A stretch of 64,000 nt of DNA from Azolla caroliniana. Taxonomy: Eukaryota; Plantae; Polypodiophyta. Under the pieces are notes generated by a model. It searched no databases. It was not told the DNA's origin and saw nothing but the letters and a program-made list of their open reading frames with translations. The position numbers and the translations under genes are program-made. Where the stretch lies: the NCBI GenBank assembly GCA_043228905.1, contig JBHGNT010000017.1:17174001-17238000 (forward strand). The letters run 5' to 3'. Positions 53,206 to 64,000 of the stretch are shown here, one piece after another. Each line of letters opens with the position of its first letter. Within the stretch, counting starts at the first letter, position 1.

Positions 53206-53488
53206 TACAAGGATGAGTATGTGTGAGCACATGCACAATTATGTGCATGTGACAAGAATGTAACAGTCTCTTTTTGTAACGGACATATTATTTACTGTTA
53301 CATTATGTATTATATAAACCCCTTATGGGGCATGTAATGAATATAGTTTTTTCCCCTCTCATTTGGTGTCATTTCCTATTTGTCTTTCTCTCTTGCTCCC
53401 TCTCTAACGTAACCCCCTTGGGAGGGGGGTGAAGCCATTTTAGGTTTCACTCCCCACCCAACAACACTTTTGGCACGCTCGGTGGGAC
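53206..53488 (+). mobile_element. LTR (5' end uncertain) followed by PBS TGGCACGCTCGGTGGGA
   Basis: TATATAAA near 53311, ...CAACA end near 53466, PBS at about 53471-53487. The PBS resembles the tRNA-Arg primer sites of Tat/Ogre-type Ty3/gypsy elements (inference). Confidence 0.6.
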
Positions 53489-53734
53489 CCTCCCTTGAGA
53501 AGAAGTCACTCTCTCCCTCTTTACATCTCTATGTTTGAGTGTGTGCATGCACTGTTGCTAATGAAACCCAAAACGAAGTAACATCATCCATAGCCATGGC
53601 GCTTGAAGCTCTAACCCCCTTGAGAAGAAGTCTATTTCTCTCTCTCTCCATTGCGTGTTGGTCTATTTTTGTTTTATAAATTTCTTCTCCAAGATTTCCT
53701 TGTTCTTAGCACTCCTAAGCTCATCCTCCTGTCT

Positions 53735-54723
53735 TCATTATTGTGATTGGACATGTGGCTGGGAAGTCTTCAACCCCTGTCACCCTATATAGAAGATGGG
53801 AGGTATTGACAAGCATGTGATGAGAGATTCAAGAAGGACGTTGTGTAAATGAACTGGTAGTCATTCACGTGCTTGGGTATTGTACAAACTCAAGGTTGAG
53901 CAGGAGCGTGGTATCACCATTGATATCACTTTCTGGAAGTTTGAAGCCACTAAGTACTGTTGCGCTGTCATTGATGCACCTGGCTACTGAGTGACTTAAT
54001 CAAGAACATGATCACTCGAACTTCACATGTGGATTGTGTGTTTTGATCATTGATTCAACTACCATTTGTTTTGAGGCCAATTCCAAGAATGGACAAACAT
54101 GTGAGCATGCTCTGCTTGCATTTACTCTTGGGTGAAGCAAATTATTTGTGTTGCAACAAGATAGATGCCATTACTCCCAATTATTTTGAAGCGCAATATG
54201 ATGAGACCACAAAGTAAGTATGAACTTAGCTCAAACTGGTTGGATACAACCTTGAGAAGATTCCACTTTTTCCTATATCTAGTTGTGAAGGTGACTATAG
54301 GATAGAGAGCTCTAACAACCTTGATTTGTATAAAGGTCCTACACTACTGGAAGCGCAAGATATGATTCAAGAGCCAAAGAGGTCATCTGATAAGCCTCTC
54401 CACCTACCCTTTCATGATGGGTACAAGATGAGTGGTATTGGAACTGTTCCAGTCGGACTAATGGAGACTGGTAGAATCAAACCTGGTATGGTGGTTACCT
54501 TTGCACCAATAGGACTGACTACCTAGGTTAAGTGTGTGGAAATGCATTATGAAGCAGTCTTAGAGGCTCTAGGTAGTGACAATGTTGGCTTCAATGTGAA
54601 GAATGTCGTTGTCCAAGGATCATAAGAGAGGGTATATTGTGTTTGAGAATGACCCAACCAGGGAAGTTGTGAACTTCACATCTCAGGTGATCATAATGAA
54701 CAATCCTGGACAGATTGGGCAAC
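53735..54723 (+). pseudogene. EF1A: Processed, 3'-truncated elongation factor 1-alpha pseudogene
   Basis: [38 protein letters not shown] contiguous, [37 protein letters not shown] and [16 protein letters not shown], with many stops and frameshifts. Confidence 0.92.
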
Positions 54724-55321
54724 TAGGAGTCAGGAGACAAATTCTACCTATGGGGCGGGATCCTAATGCACGACCAGGAAGATGAGGAGATGGACATGGT
54801 GTTGCTCAAGTTCCTGTAGGCTTGAAATTTGAAGATGAAGAGAGTCGGATAGACGGCCACAGAGAGAGCCGGCCAACCAATCTGACATCCAACTGATGGT
54901 GGCAGCAACGTTTGATGCTCCATAGCCGACAGATAGAGCCGACAAACAGCGACGGCCCGTGCCCTGCAAACAACCAGATAAATGTTAAACTGTCCCACAA
55001 AGAGCCTGTAGAGAGCGGCGACAACCGGACAAGTGACGACTAGTAGATCGTGACAAACGACGTCTGACAACCGGATAGAGGTCCGACAACCTGTGAACAA
55101 CGCCACCTGCGGACAGAAACAGTTGGCATCCGACAGTCGACGGACAGGCATGGCCGGCGGCTCGCAAAACAGAAATGACCGGGATGGACTTAGACCAAGG
55201 TAGAGCAGAGAGAGAGAGCTCCACTGATCTCTGCCATGGCTCCGACAGGATCATCAAGGGAAAGAACAATGAATAAGAGATGAAGGAAGCAAACGAAGAT
55301 GATGACAATAATGATACAGAA

Positions 55322-55592
55322 GAACCAATAGGCTTCACAACAACGGGGGAGGATAGTCACCACGTATGTCGACTGAAGAAAAGTCTCTATGGCTTGAAAC
55401 AGGCGCTAAGGATGTGGTACGAAAAGTTTGACTCCTACATCAGGAAGTTGGGATACCGCCGATCCGACTCCAACCCATGCATGTACATTTGGTAATTGAC
55501 CAATGAGTCTAGGATTTACCTGATCCTATATGTCGACGATATGTTGATTGCAGGAAGCAAACAAGTAGAGATCGAAAAGCTGAAGCGGAGCA
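55322..55592 (+). mobile_element. Ty1/copia RT fragment
   Basis: VCRLKKSLYGLKQA..WYEKFD..LILYVDDMLIAG, cut by the LTR at 55593. Confidence 0.85.
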
Positions 55593-56403
55593 TGTTAGGA
55601 AACAGGTCCCTCCGGATGGGAAGTGAAGAGAACCGGATGAGGAGTACCTGACTACGGAAGCCCCGGTGAGAACCAGATGAGGAGTACCCGGCTACGGAAG
55701 TCCCGGTGAGAACCGGATGACGAGTATCCGGCAAGAGCCGGATGGTGAAGGCCCGATGAGAAGTGCTCACCGGATTAAGGGACATATTCGTAAATATGTT
55801 TTCTGAGAGTTCATCGGGGCTATATTTGTAAATAGCCGAAAAGTCATATTAGTATAAATATGACTTAGGGCAAACTTATTGTGTGTGTAGTCTGTTGAGA
55901 AGCAAGCTCAACATGGTATGTGATGCTTATTGGGAAATAAGCTATAGTAGCTATTTAGCTACTTGTGAACATAAAGGAGAAACAACTAATTAGCTACTGA
56001 CAACTATTTAGCGACTGACAGCTAATTAGCTACAGGCAACTAATTAGCTGCATACGTAAGTAACTTATTACTTAGGTAAAAAGTAAGAGAGTAAGTAAGA
56101 AGAAGATATACAGGAAGTAGAACTCTGAGAGAGAGAGTGAGGATAGAGAGAAAGAACTCAGAGAGTGAGAGCAAAAAGAGAGAAACAGACGAGAGCAAGT
56201 AGAGCTCCGCGTGTAATGAAATAGAAGAAGTTTTGGTTGCTACAGAGGTAAGTCTCCTTCCCCCTTCCCTTCTGAGTTTGAGCACTAAACGATCCAGCAC
56301 ACCACGATCCGCCGCGCACATAAGAAGAGCCCAAGTGCCTTCTTCACGTTTTCTTAACATAGTCGTCATTCTTGTTGGTGCAAGATTTGAGCGCGTAACT
56401 GTG

Positions 56404-56437
<34 letters not shown>

Positions 56438-59400
56438 GAGGTCGTTGCCTCTGTTGTAACCGCCGCATGTGGCGAAGACAATGAACAAGAGGTCGTTGCC
56501 TCTGTGTTCATCTATTGTATATTGTTACATAGTGATAGTTAGCAGTTTGTGGACTGCCGTGGTTTTTCCGGTGTTTGGGTTTTCCACGTAAACATCCTGT
56601 GTACTCTTCTCTCCTTTGTGTCGTGCATTCATTACCCGTTTTTTTTCTGTGTATGATTCTAAGCTCAGTTGTGGCCAAGCGTTGTTCATCGAGAGCGTGT
56701 AGTTCCTGTCAAAGTGGTAAAACGACATAGAAAAAATGGACGATTTGTTGGGAGGCATGTTCAAGCTCACCGGCTCCAACTATTCGGTGTGGAAATCGAA
56801 GATGAGGGACATGCTTGTGGTTAAAGATCTTTGGCTGTCGGTTCAGTTCGGGGACAAGAGACCAGACAAAATCGACGCCGCAATATGGGAGCACATGAAG
56901 ACAACGGCGTACATACGGTGCTTCATCAACATGAGCCTATACAATAACTTCAATGAAGAGAGCAAGGCTCATGAGCTTTGGGAGAAGATCGGCATTATGT
57001 TTCAAAACAAAAATGTTGTTAATCAGGTTTCGGTATTTCAGAAGCTAGTAAGACTCCGATACCAAGATGGCTCAAGCATGGCAGAGCACATGAATGCCTT
57101 CCAGCGGCTGATCCACCAGGCAACATCATTGGAAGTACCTCTCGCCGATGAGGTACTAGCGCTACTCCTACTCGGTTCCCTCCCAGATAGATGGGAGACG
57201 TTGGTTGTCACTTTGGGCAACGCCGGGCCGGAAGGGAAACGATTATCCCTAGCAAGAGTGAAGTCGAGCTTGCTAGATGAGGAGGCGCGTCGGAAAGATA
57301 AGGATATGAGCTCCGACTCCAAAGCGCTCCTTACCGAATCGGAACACGGAAGACAAAGGAACCGTAGTCCCCAGAACTGGGAAAAGTCGGGGACACGGTC
57401 AAAGTCAAGGGGGAGGCCTACTTGCTTCTATTGCGGCAAGCCAGGACACTTCTAGAAGAACTGTCGGCATTTTCGAAAAGACAAGGAAACCGATGGTACC
57501 AATTCGAAGCGGACACCGGACCGGAACGATAAAGACCGGAGGGGAACGGACCGGAAGGGAATGACGGCAATCGCGGCAAGTGAAGAAGAGTTGATGCTCA
57601 TCACCGAGGAGAGTGAGATAAACCTTGCCGGCGACGAGATGACTTGGGTGGTCGACTCCGGAGCGTCATTCCACCTTACCCCAGACCGGAAATGCTTCTC
57701 ATCCTACTCAGCCGGTGATCACGGCTGTGTCCGGATGGGGAATGAAGGTACATGCTAAATTGTCGGCATAGGAGACGTGTGGCTGACAACACCAACTGGA
57801 TGCAAGTTGCTGCTGAAGGATGTCTGACACGTTCCAGAGGTTCGTCTGAACCTGATATCAGCCGGTCGGCTAGATGATGAAGGCTACACGGGTAGCATCC
57901 GGAACAGTGTTATGAAGTTCAGCAAAGGGAGCCTGATTGTGGCTCGGGCCCGGAAGGTCAACACGCTGTACCTGATGAATGCTCGGTTATGTTCGGAGGA
58001 AGTGAATGTGGCATTCGACACTACCGGTGAGCTGTGGCACAAAAGGCTGTGTCACATGAGCGAGAAGGGGATGAAGAGGCTTGCAGACGACAACGTTATT
58101 CCAGTGAAGAATGTGCACTTGGAGAAGTGCACTGATTGTCTGGCCGGTAAGCAAAACCGGACCTCCTTCTGACCAAGGCCACCGATGACACGTAATGCAC
58201 CACTGTAGTTGGTGCATACTGATGTGTGTCAAGCGGACACGAAGTCACATGCATGATCGCAGTACTTCGTGACGTTCATAGATGATCACAGCCGAAAGCT
58301 GTGGGCCACACCGTTGAAGACGAAGGATCAGGTGCTATCCGTCTTCAAAGAGCTCCACGCGAGAGTGGAAAGAGAAACCGGTCGGAAGCTGAAGGCGGTT
58401 CAAGCAGATAACGGAGGTGAATATCGGGGGCAGTTCGAGGAGTATTGTCGCTCGAAGGGAATCCGGTTCGAATTTACTGTGCCGAAGACGCCGGAACTAA
58501 ACGGGCTGGCTGAGAGGATGAACCGGACCATAATGGAGAGAGTCTGGAGTATGCTGGCGCATGCAAAATTACCCAAGACGTTTTGGGATGAGGCACTGTC
58601 GACGACGACGTATGTGATAAATAGATCACCCTCAGTACCCTTGGACGGAGACATGCCGCAGAGAGTATGGACCGGTAAGGAAGTGTCCTACCGGCATTTG
58701 AAGGTGTTCGGGTGTCTCGCGTACGTGCATGTAGCTAAGGACCGGAGAGGAAAGTTAGATCCAAAGACCCATCCATGCATATTCCTCGGTTACGGCGACG
58801 ATGAGTTCGGCTACCGAATGTGGGACCCGATCGACAAGAAGGTATTCCGGAGTCGAGATATTATCTTCATGGAGGACAAGACGCTCGCCGACTGGGAGTC
58901 GGAGAAGAAGATAAAGAACTCTGAGTCAACCGGTAAGGATCGATTCTACGATGAGCAGATCCAACCGGCAAGAGGCTGGTTAGCACTCGAGGAACCATTC
59001 GGTTACGGTGAGGATACCGAACCGGTAGAAGAAGAAGTAGAGGAAGCTGAAACCGAAACCGGCCAAGACCCCGAATCAGATTCGAATGAAGAGCAAATGG
59101 AGGAGCCGGTTATTGAAGCCCAAAGACAAAGATATCCTCTTAGAGAGAGAAGGGCCCCCCGGAGATTTCCGGATGCAGAGCATGTGCTACTGACAGATGA
59201 GGGGGAGCCAGAAAGCTTCGAGGAAGCTAAAAGTGACGCCCATAGCCGCAAATGGTTAAGTTCCATGCAGGATGAGATGGATTCCCTGCATGAGAACCAT
59301 ACATATGAATTGGTGGAGTTGAAGAAAGGAAAGAGGGCACTCCGAAATAAGTGGGTGTACAAGTTGAAACCGGGAGATGCCGAAAACCCCCGAGATACAA

Positions 59401-60279
59401 AGCTAGGATCATGGTGAAGGGGTTCCAGCAAAAGAAGGGTGTGGACTTCGACGAGATATTTGCCCCCGTAGTAAAGATGACCTCCATCCAGACGGTGCTG
59501 AGTATAGCGGCAAGCATGGACCTTGAGGTAGAGCAGCTGGACGTGAAGACGACATTCCTTCACGGTGACCTCGAAGAGGAGATCTACATGCAACAACCGG
59601 AAGGATTCGTGGAGAAAGGGAAGGAGCACCTGGTTTGCCAATTGAAGAAGAGCATGTACGGACTGAAGCAGGCTCCCCGACAATGGTACCGGAAGTTCGA
59701 CTCCTTCATGACCGATCAAGGGTACCATAAGACGCAGGCCGATCACTGCGTGTTTGTGAAGAAGTTCGAAGGAGGCGACTTCCTGATACTCCTTCTGTAC
59801 GTGGACGAAATGTTGATCGTCGGACGGGACCAAGCCAAAATACGAATGCTGAAGAAGGCTTTCAACCGAACTTTTGCAATGAAAGACTTGGGTCCGACAA
59901 GACAGATGTTGGGGATGCATATCATCCGGAACCGGCCAATGAAGCAATTGTGGTTGTCACAAGAGAAGTACGTGACAAAGGTGCTTCAGCGGTTCAACAT
60001 GTTAGAAGCGAAACCGGTTGGATCGACACTTTCGGCAAACTGCAAGTTATCCGGTAAGCAAAGCCCGAAGACGAAAGCAGAGAAGGCAAATATGATGAAG
60101 GTTCCATATGCCTCTGCCATCGGGAGCTTAATGTACGCAATGGTGTGTACCCGACTGGATATAGGATACGCAGTCGGAGTGGTGAGCCAGTTTATGAGCA
60201 GTCCCGGCAAGGAGCACTGGAACGCGGTCAAATGGATACTCCGGTACTTGAAGGGGACTTCAAATATGTGTCTCCGATT
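55593..60279 (+). mobile_element. Ty1/copia retrotransposon: 5' LTR (55593-56711), gag, PR, IN, RT, interrupted before RNase H
   Basis: LTR TGTTAGG..TGTCA, gag from 56736 with CFYCGKPGHF knuckle, WVVDSGAS protease, LWHKRLCH, TFIDDHSR, ADNGGEY, NGLAERMNRT, KSMYGLKQAPRQW and LLYVDE. Several stops and a frameshift. Confidence 0.93.
55893..56359. mobile_element. Unrelated solo LTR (467 bp) nested in the copia 5' LTR
   Basis: TGTTGAGAA...TTCTTAACA termini. TSD TAGTC at 55888-55892 and 56360-56364. Confidence 0.88.
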
Positions 60280-63195
60280 TGTCACGGATCATAAACTCAA
60301 GAGACAAGCAAGAAGATAACCAAATGGACAAGAAAGAAGATAGTATTAAAGGAAAGACTCCATAACTGGTGTTGTTCACCTTGAATTCCTTCAAGGTGAA
60401 CTCCTCTATTTATACTACATGGCATGCATACTTGTTGCACGCATGTGAATCTACAATAGAGCATGTAGGTATGCATGCATGTGCCAAGTGTAAATACTAC
60501 AAGGGAGCAACTATGCACATGATGCTAGCAAAATAATAAGGACCAATTACATACATAACTAGTACTAGATATCTTGGTTAACTCATAATACTAGATTATA
60601 ACATGGTCGTGTCAAGAGTTCGAATCTTGACATTATCCCCCCTCTTACGCCGCCTTCCCAAATCGGCCGCTGGTTTGTGGGGATATCGGTGATGAAAATC
60701 TTGGACGACCTCTGGGGCATTTTGTAAATTTGCTGATGGTTCCCATGTGGCCCCAGACATGGGGTAACCCCTCCATAGGACGAGGTATTGCAAGTGTCGA
60801 CGATGCCAACGCGAGTTAAGGATTTGGTCGACCTCGTATTCCTCCCCTGTCGTCAATTGCACAGGTGGTGGTGGTGGGGCGAGACATCCTGGGAGTTGTG
60901 AAGCATAATGGGGTTCGAGGAGGGAGACATGAAAAACATCGTGAATCCGGAAGTGGGATGGAAGGGCGAGCCGGAAGGCGACGGGATTGATGCACTCGAT
61001 GATACAGAATGGTCCCAAATTCTTGTAATCAAGTTTCGCACATGGACGAGTAGTAGAGATGTGTCGACGTAACAACCAGACCATGTCTCCAACGACAAAG
61101 TGTGGAGTGGAAGATCGATGGCGATCAGCCTGCTTCTTGTATCGTTCACTAGCAAGACTAAGCTCCAAGGATAAATCATGATGTAGTTCTTCCAAAATGC
61201 GGGCACGATCCTCCGCCGAAGGGTTCACGGAAGTGGTAGGAAGGGAAATGTTGAAGCGAGGATGTAAACCATAGTTGGCAAAGAAGGGAGTGACGCCAGT
61301 CGATGCATGGAGAGAATTATTGTAGGCGAATTCCGCGAGCGAAAGTAAGTTGACCCAATCATCTTGTTGGTAACTAACCGAGCACCGAAGATACCGCTCA
61401 AGGATTTGGTTGACACGCTCCGTTTGCCCGTCAGTTTGGGGGTGATAAGCGAAGGACAACTTGACAGAGATGCCTAAAGTTTGTAGCAGGCGCTGCCAGA
61501 AGTGAGAGACAAACTGGGGTCCGCGATCCAAGATGACATCATCGGGGAGTCCATGCAAGCGTACCACATTGTTGAGTAGGAGATGCACCATTCCTTCTCT
61601 AGAAATGGTTTTGGAGCATGGAGTGAAGTGAGCCATCTTCGTAAACCGATCGACAACGACCAACACCGAGTCATAGCTATTGACCAAGGGTAGATTAGTT
61701 ATTAGGTCCATAGAGATAGAGGCCCAAGGACGACGAGGACATGGAAGCGGCTGTAGTAAGCCGTATGGCCGATGATGAATGGCTTTGGAGCGAGCACAAA
61801 CCTCACAACTCTTTATGTATTCTTTGACCAGCTTCCATGGTTGTGGCCACCAATACCCCTGAGAGATTAGCTCGAGGGTTTTCGCGACCCCGAAATTACC
61901 TGCAAGTGGGTCATCGTGGCATTCCCGCAACACCCGGGTGCGACATGGGCCCTCTGGGACGTATAAGAGATGATCTCGGAACAACAAACCCTGTTGTATG
62001 GTGAAGGTGTCAAGATCCTTCCTTTTGGTCGCCTTGGAGGGGTTTTGTAGACTATCTTGAATCTTGTTGGCGAACGCATCGAACTTGGATGCATCAGTGA
62101 TTTGTTGGAGTAAAGAATCATCCTGCAACATACAAGTGGCAAAAAGATGCAATTGGTCGGGTTTCAACAAACGTCTAGATTGTTGAGCATAAGCAGCATC
62201 CCCAGGGCGTAGTGCAAGGTCAGCTCGGCGAGAAAGGGCATCAGCATTCCCATGTTGGCCACCAGGTCGAAATACGATCTCAAAATCGTAGTCGGCAAGA
62301 AATGTCGACCAACGGGCCTGCCTTCGATTCAAAGTACGAGTGGTGGAAAAATAAACTAAATTTTTATGATCAGTCACTACCTGGACAAGATGTTGTGCGC
62401 CGGCCAAGTAGGGTCGCCATTCTTCAAAGGTAGCAATGATAGCAGCAAGCTCCATGTCGTAAATGGGATAATTGATTTCGGATGCCGTAAATTTTCGGGA
62501 ATAGTAAGCCACTGGGTGCATTAGGTTGTTGTCGTCTGCCTGGGATAAGATGGCGCCAATGGCAAAGTCAGAGGCATTGGTTTCGACTTGGAAGGGTTTT
62601 GTGGGGTCGGCATGTAGCAGCACCGGGGCAGTGATGAATGCGTGTTTGAGTGAGTCGAACGCATTTTGTGCCTCCGAGGTCCATAAAAATGGAGTGCCTT
62701 TATGGGTGAGAGCGATAAGAGGTTGTGCTAGGGTGGAAAACCCCTTGATGAAGCGACGGTAAAAATTCGCGAAGCCGAGGAAGGATTGCACATCTTTAAG
62801 TCGCCTTGGAGTCGCCCACGCCTGAATGACAGAGACCTTCTTCATATCCATGGTGATGCCAGTGGGCGAAATGATGTAGCCTAGAAATTCGATCGAGGTA
62901 TGGTCGAACTTGCATTTCTCGCCTTTGGCATAAAGGCCATGCTCGCGAAGTTTGGCAAGAACTAATCGGACTTGGCGAGTGTGCTCCTCCATGTTTGGCG
63001 AGAAAATGAGAATATCATCGAGGTAAATGACAACAAAAAGATCAAGATATTCTCGGAAAATATCGTTCATCATATGTTGAAAAACTGCGGGAGCGTTAGT
63101 AAGACCAAAAGGCATTACCTTGTATTCGAAATGCCCATACCGTGTTCGAAATGCGGTTTTCCATTCATCCCCCGGCTTGATGTGTACTAGATTGC
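60280..63195 (-). mobile_element. Ty3/gypsy chromovirus (Tcn1/Tf-like): partial RT, RNase H, integrase, chromodomain, PPT and 3' LTR (60280-60632)
   Basis: Uninterrupted ORF with DEWKTAFRTRYGHFEY, YLDD, TDHKNL, SMDLI, DRGPQF, DGQTER, GPF and EEYEVDQIL..YLVLWRGY..TWEP chromodomain. PPT GAGGGGGGATAA precedes TGTCAAG..CGTGACA. Confidence 0.92.
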
Positions 63196-64000
63196 ACTCC
63201 TCACCGGGTCTGCACCATCCGGCTCTCTGTAGTCGGGTACTCCTCATCCGGTTCTCACCGGGTCTGCGCCATCCGGCTCTCCATAGCCGGGTACTCCTCA
63301 TCCGATTCTCACCGGGTCTGCGCCATCCGGCTCTCCGTAGCTGGGTACTCCTCATCCGGTTCTCATCGAGTCTGCACCATCCGGCTCTCTGTAGCCGGGT
63401 ACTCGTCATACGGTTTCAGCCTCGGCCTATCGGCCTTGGCCGACTTTGTTCATCAACACTGTTCTTCTCCCTTCCCATCTGGAGGGACCTGTCTCCCAAC
63501 AAACTCCCCCTTCACTCCGGCATGGGGTGTCTTACTAGTCCGATCCTCTTCCGGCATGCATCCAACTTGTCGGGTATCAGCACTTTGGTCAGCATATCTG
63601 ACCCGTTCTCGGCCGTGTGGATCTTCGTCAGTGCGAACTCCTGGTCATCTACTCTTTCCCGGATCCAGTGATATCTTCGCTGGATATGCTTCGTCCGGGA
63701 ATGGTAGGCCGCATTCTTAGCAAGATGGATGGCACTTTGACTGTCGCAATAGAGTCGGTATTCATCTTGCCGGATACCGAGCTCTCCGATGAAGTCCTTC
63801 ATCCATAATATTTCCTTGCTGGCTTCCACAACCGCCATGTACTCCGCTTCCGTGGTTGACAATGCAACCGTCTTCTACAGCCTCGACTGCCACGAGACAG
63901 CTCCCCCTGCATATGTCATTACATACCCGGATGTAGACCGGCTGGTATCCACATCAGCCGACATGTCCGAATCGGTGAAACCGTCAAGTTGAGGTTTTCC
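63196..64000 (-). mobile_element. Ty1/copia 3' end: RNase H, PPT and truncated 3' LTR (63501-63196) with 51-bp tandem repeats
   Basis: GKPQLDGFTDSD..STTEAEY..YCDSQSAI..RTKHIQRRYHWIRE..DMLTK, PPT GAAGGGGGAG, then TGTTGGGAGACAGGTCCCTCC. Confidence 0.9.

Overview
Eukaryotic, transposon-rich plant genomic DNA. A non-seed plant, most likely a fern, is inferred from the PLS-type PPR relic, the Tcn1-like chromovirus and the LINE types. Two intact multi-exon genes lie on the minus strand. One is a PRAF/RLD gene (PH-RCC1-FYVE-BRX, 9 coding exons, about 1165 aa, 16519-22208). The other is a class VIII myosin homologue (22 exons, about 1228 aa, 37059-44107). The myosin is the main finding: I could assemble it by hand with GT-AG introns and no stop or frameshift, and its N-terminal motif and tail are typical of myosin VIII, yet the P-loop (GESGAGKT -> GANDADKL), switch I (NSSRFGK -> NASCVGE), switch II (DIYGFE -> NMPGFG) and SH1-SH2 motifs are all replaced. 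It is a candidate motor-dead plant pseudo-myosin. The rest of the window is nested mobile DNA: a full-length L1 with an 18-bp TSD, a truncated L1, RTE/RTEX-like LINE fragments, several solo LTRs with TSDs, two Mutator-type MITEs, a hAT relic, Ty1/copia elements, a chromovirus, an intronless EF-1alpha retrocopy behind an LTR and PBS, a PPR pseudogene and tandem repeats. All coordinates and translations were read by eye; no database search was run.
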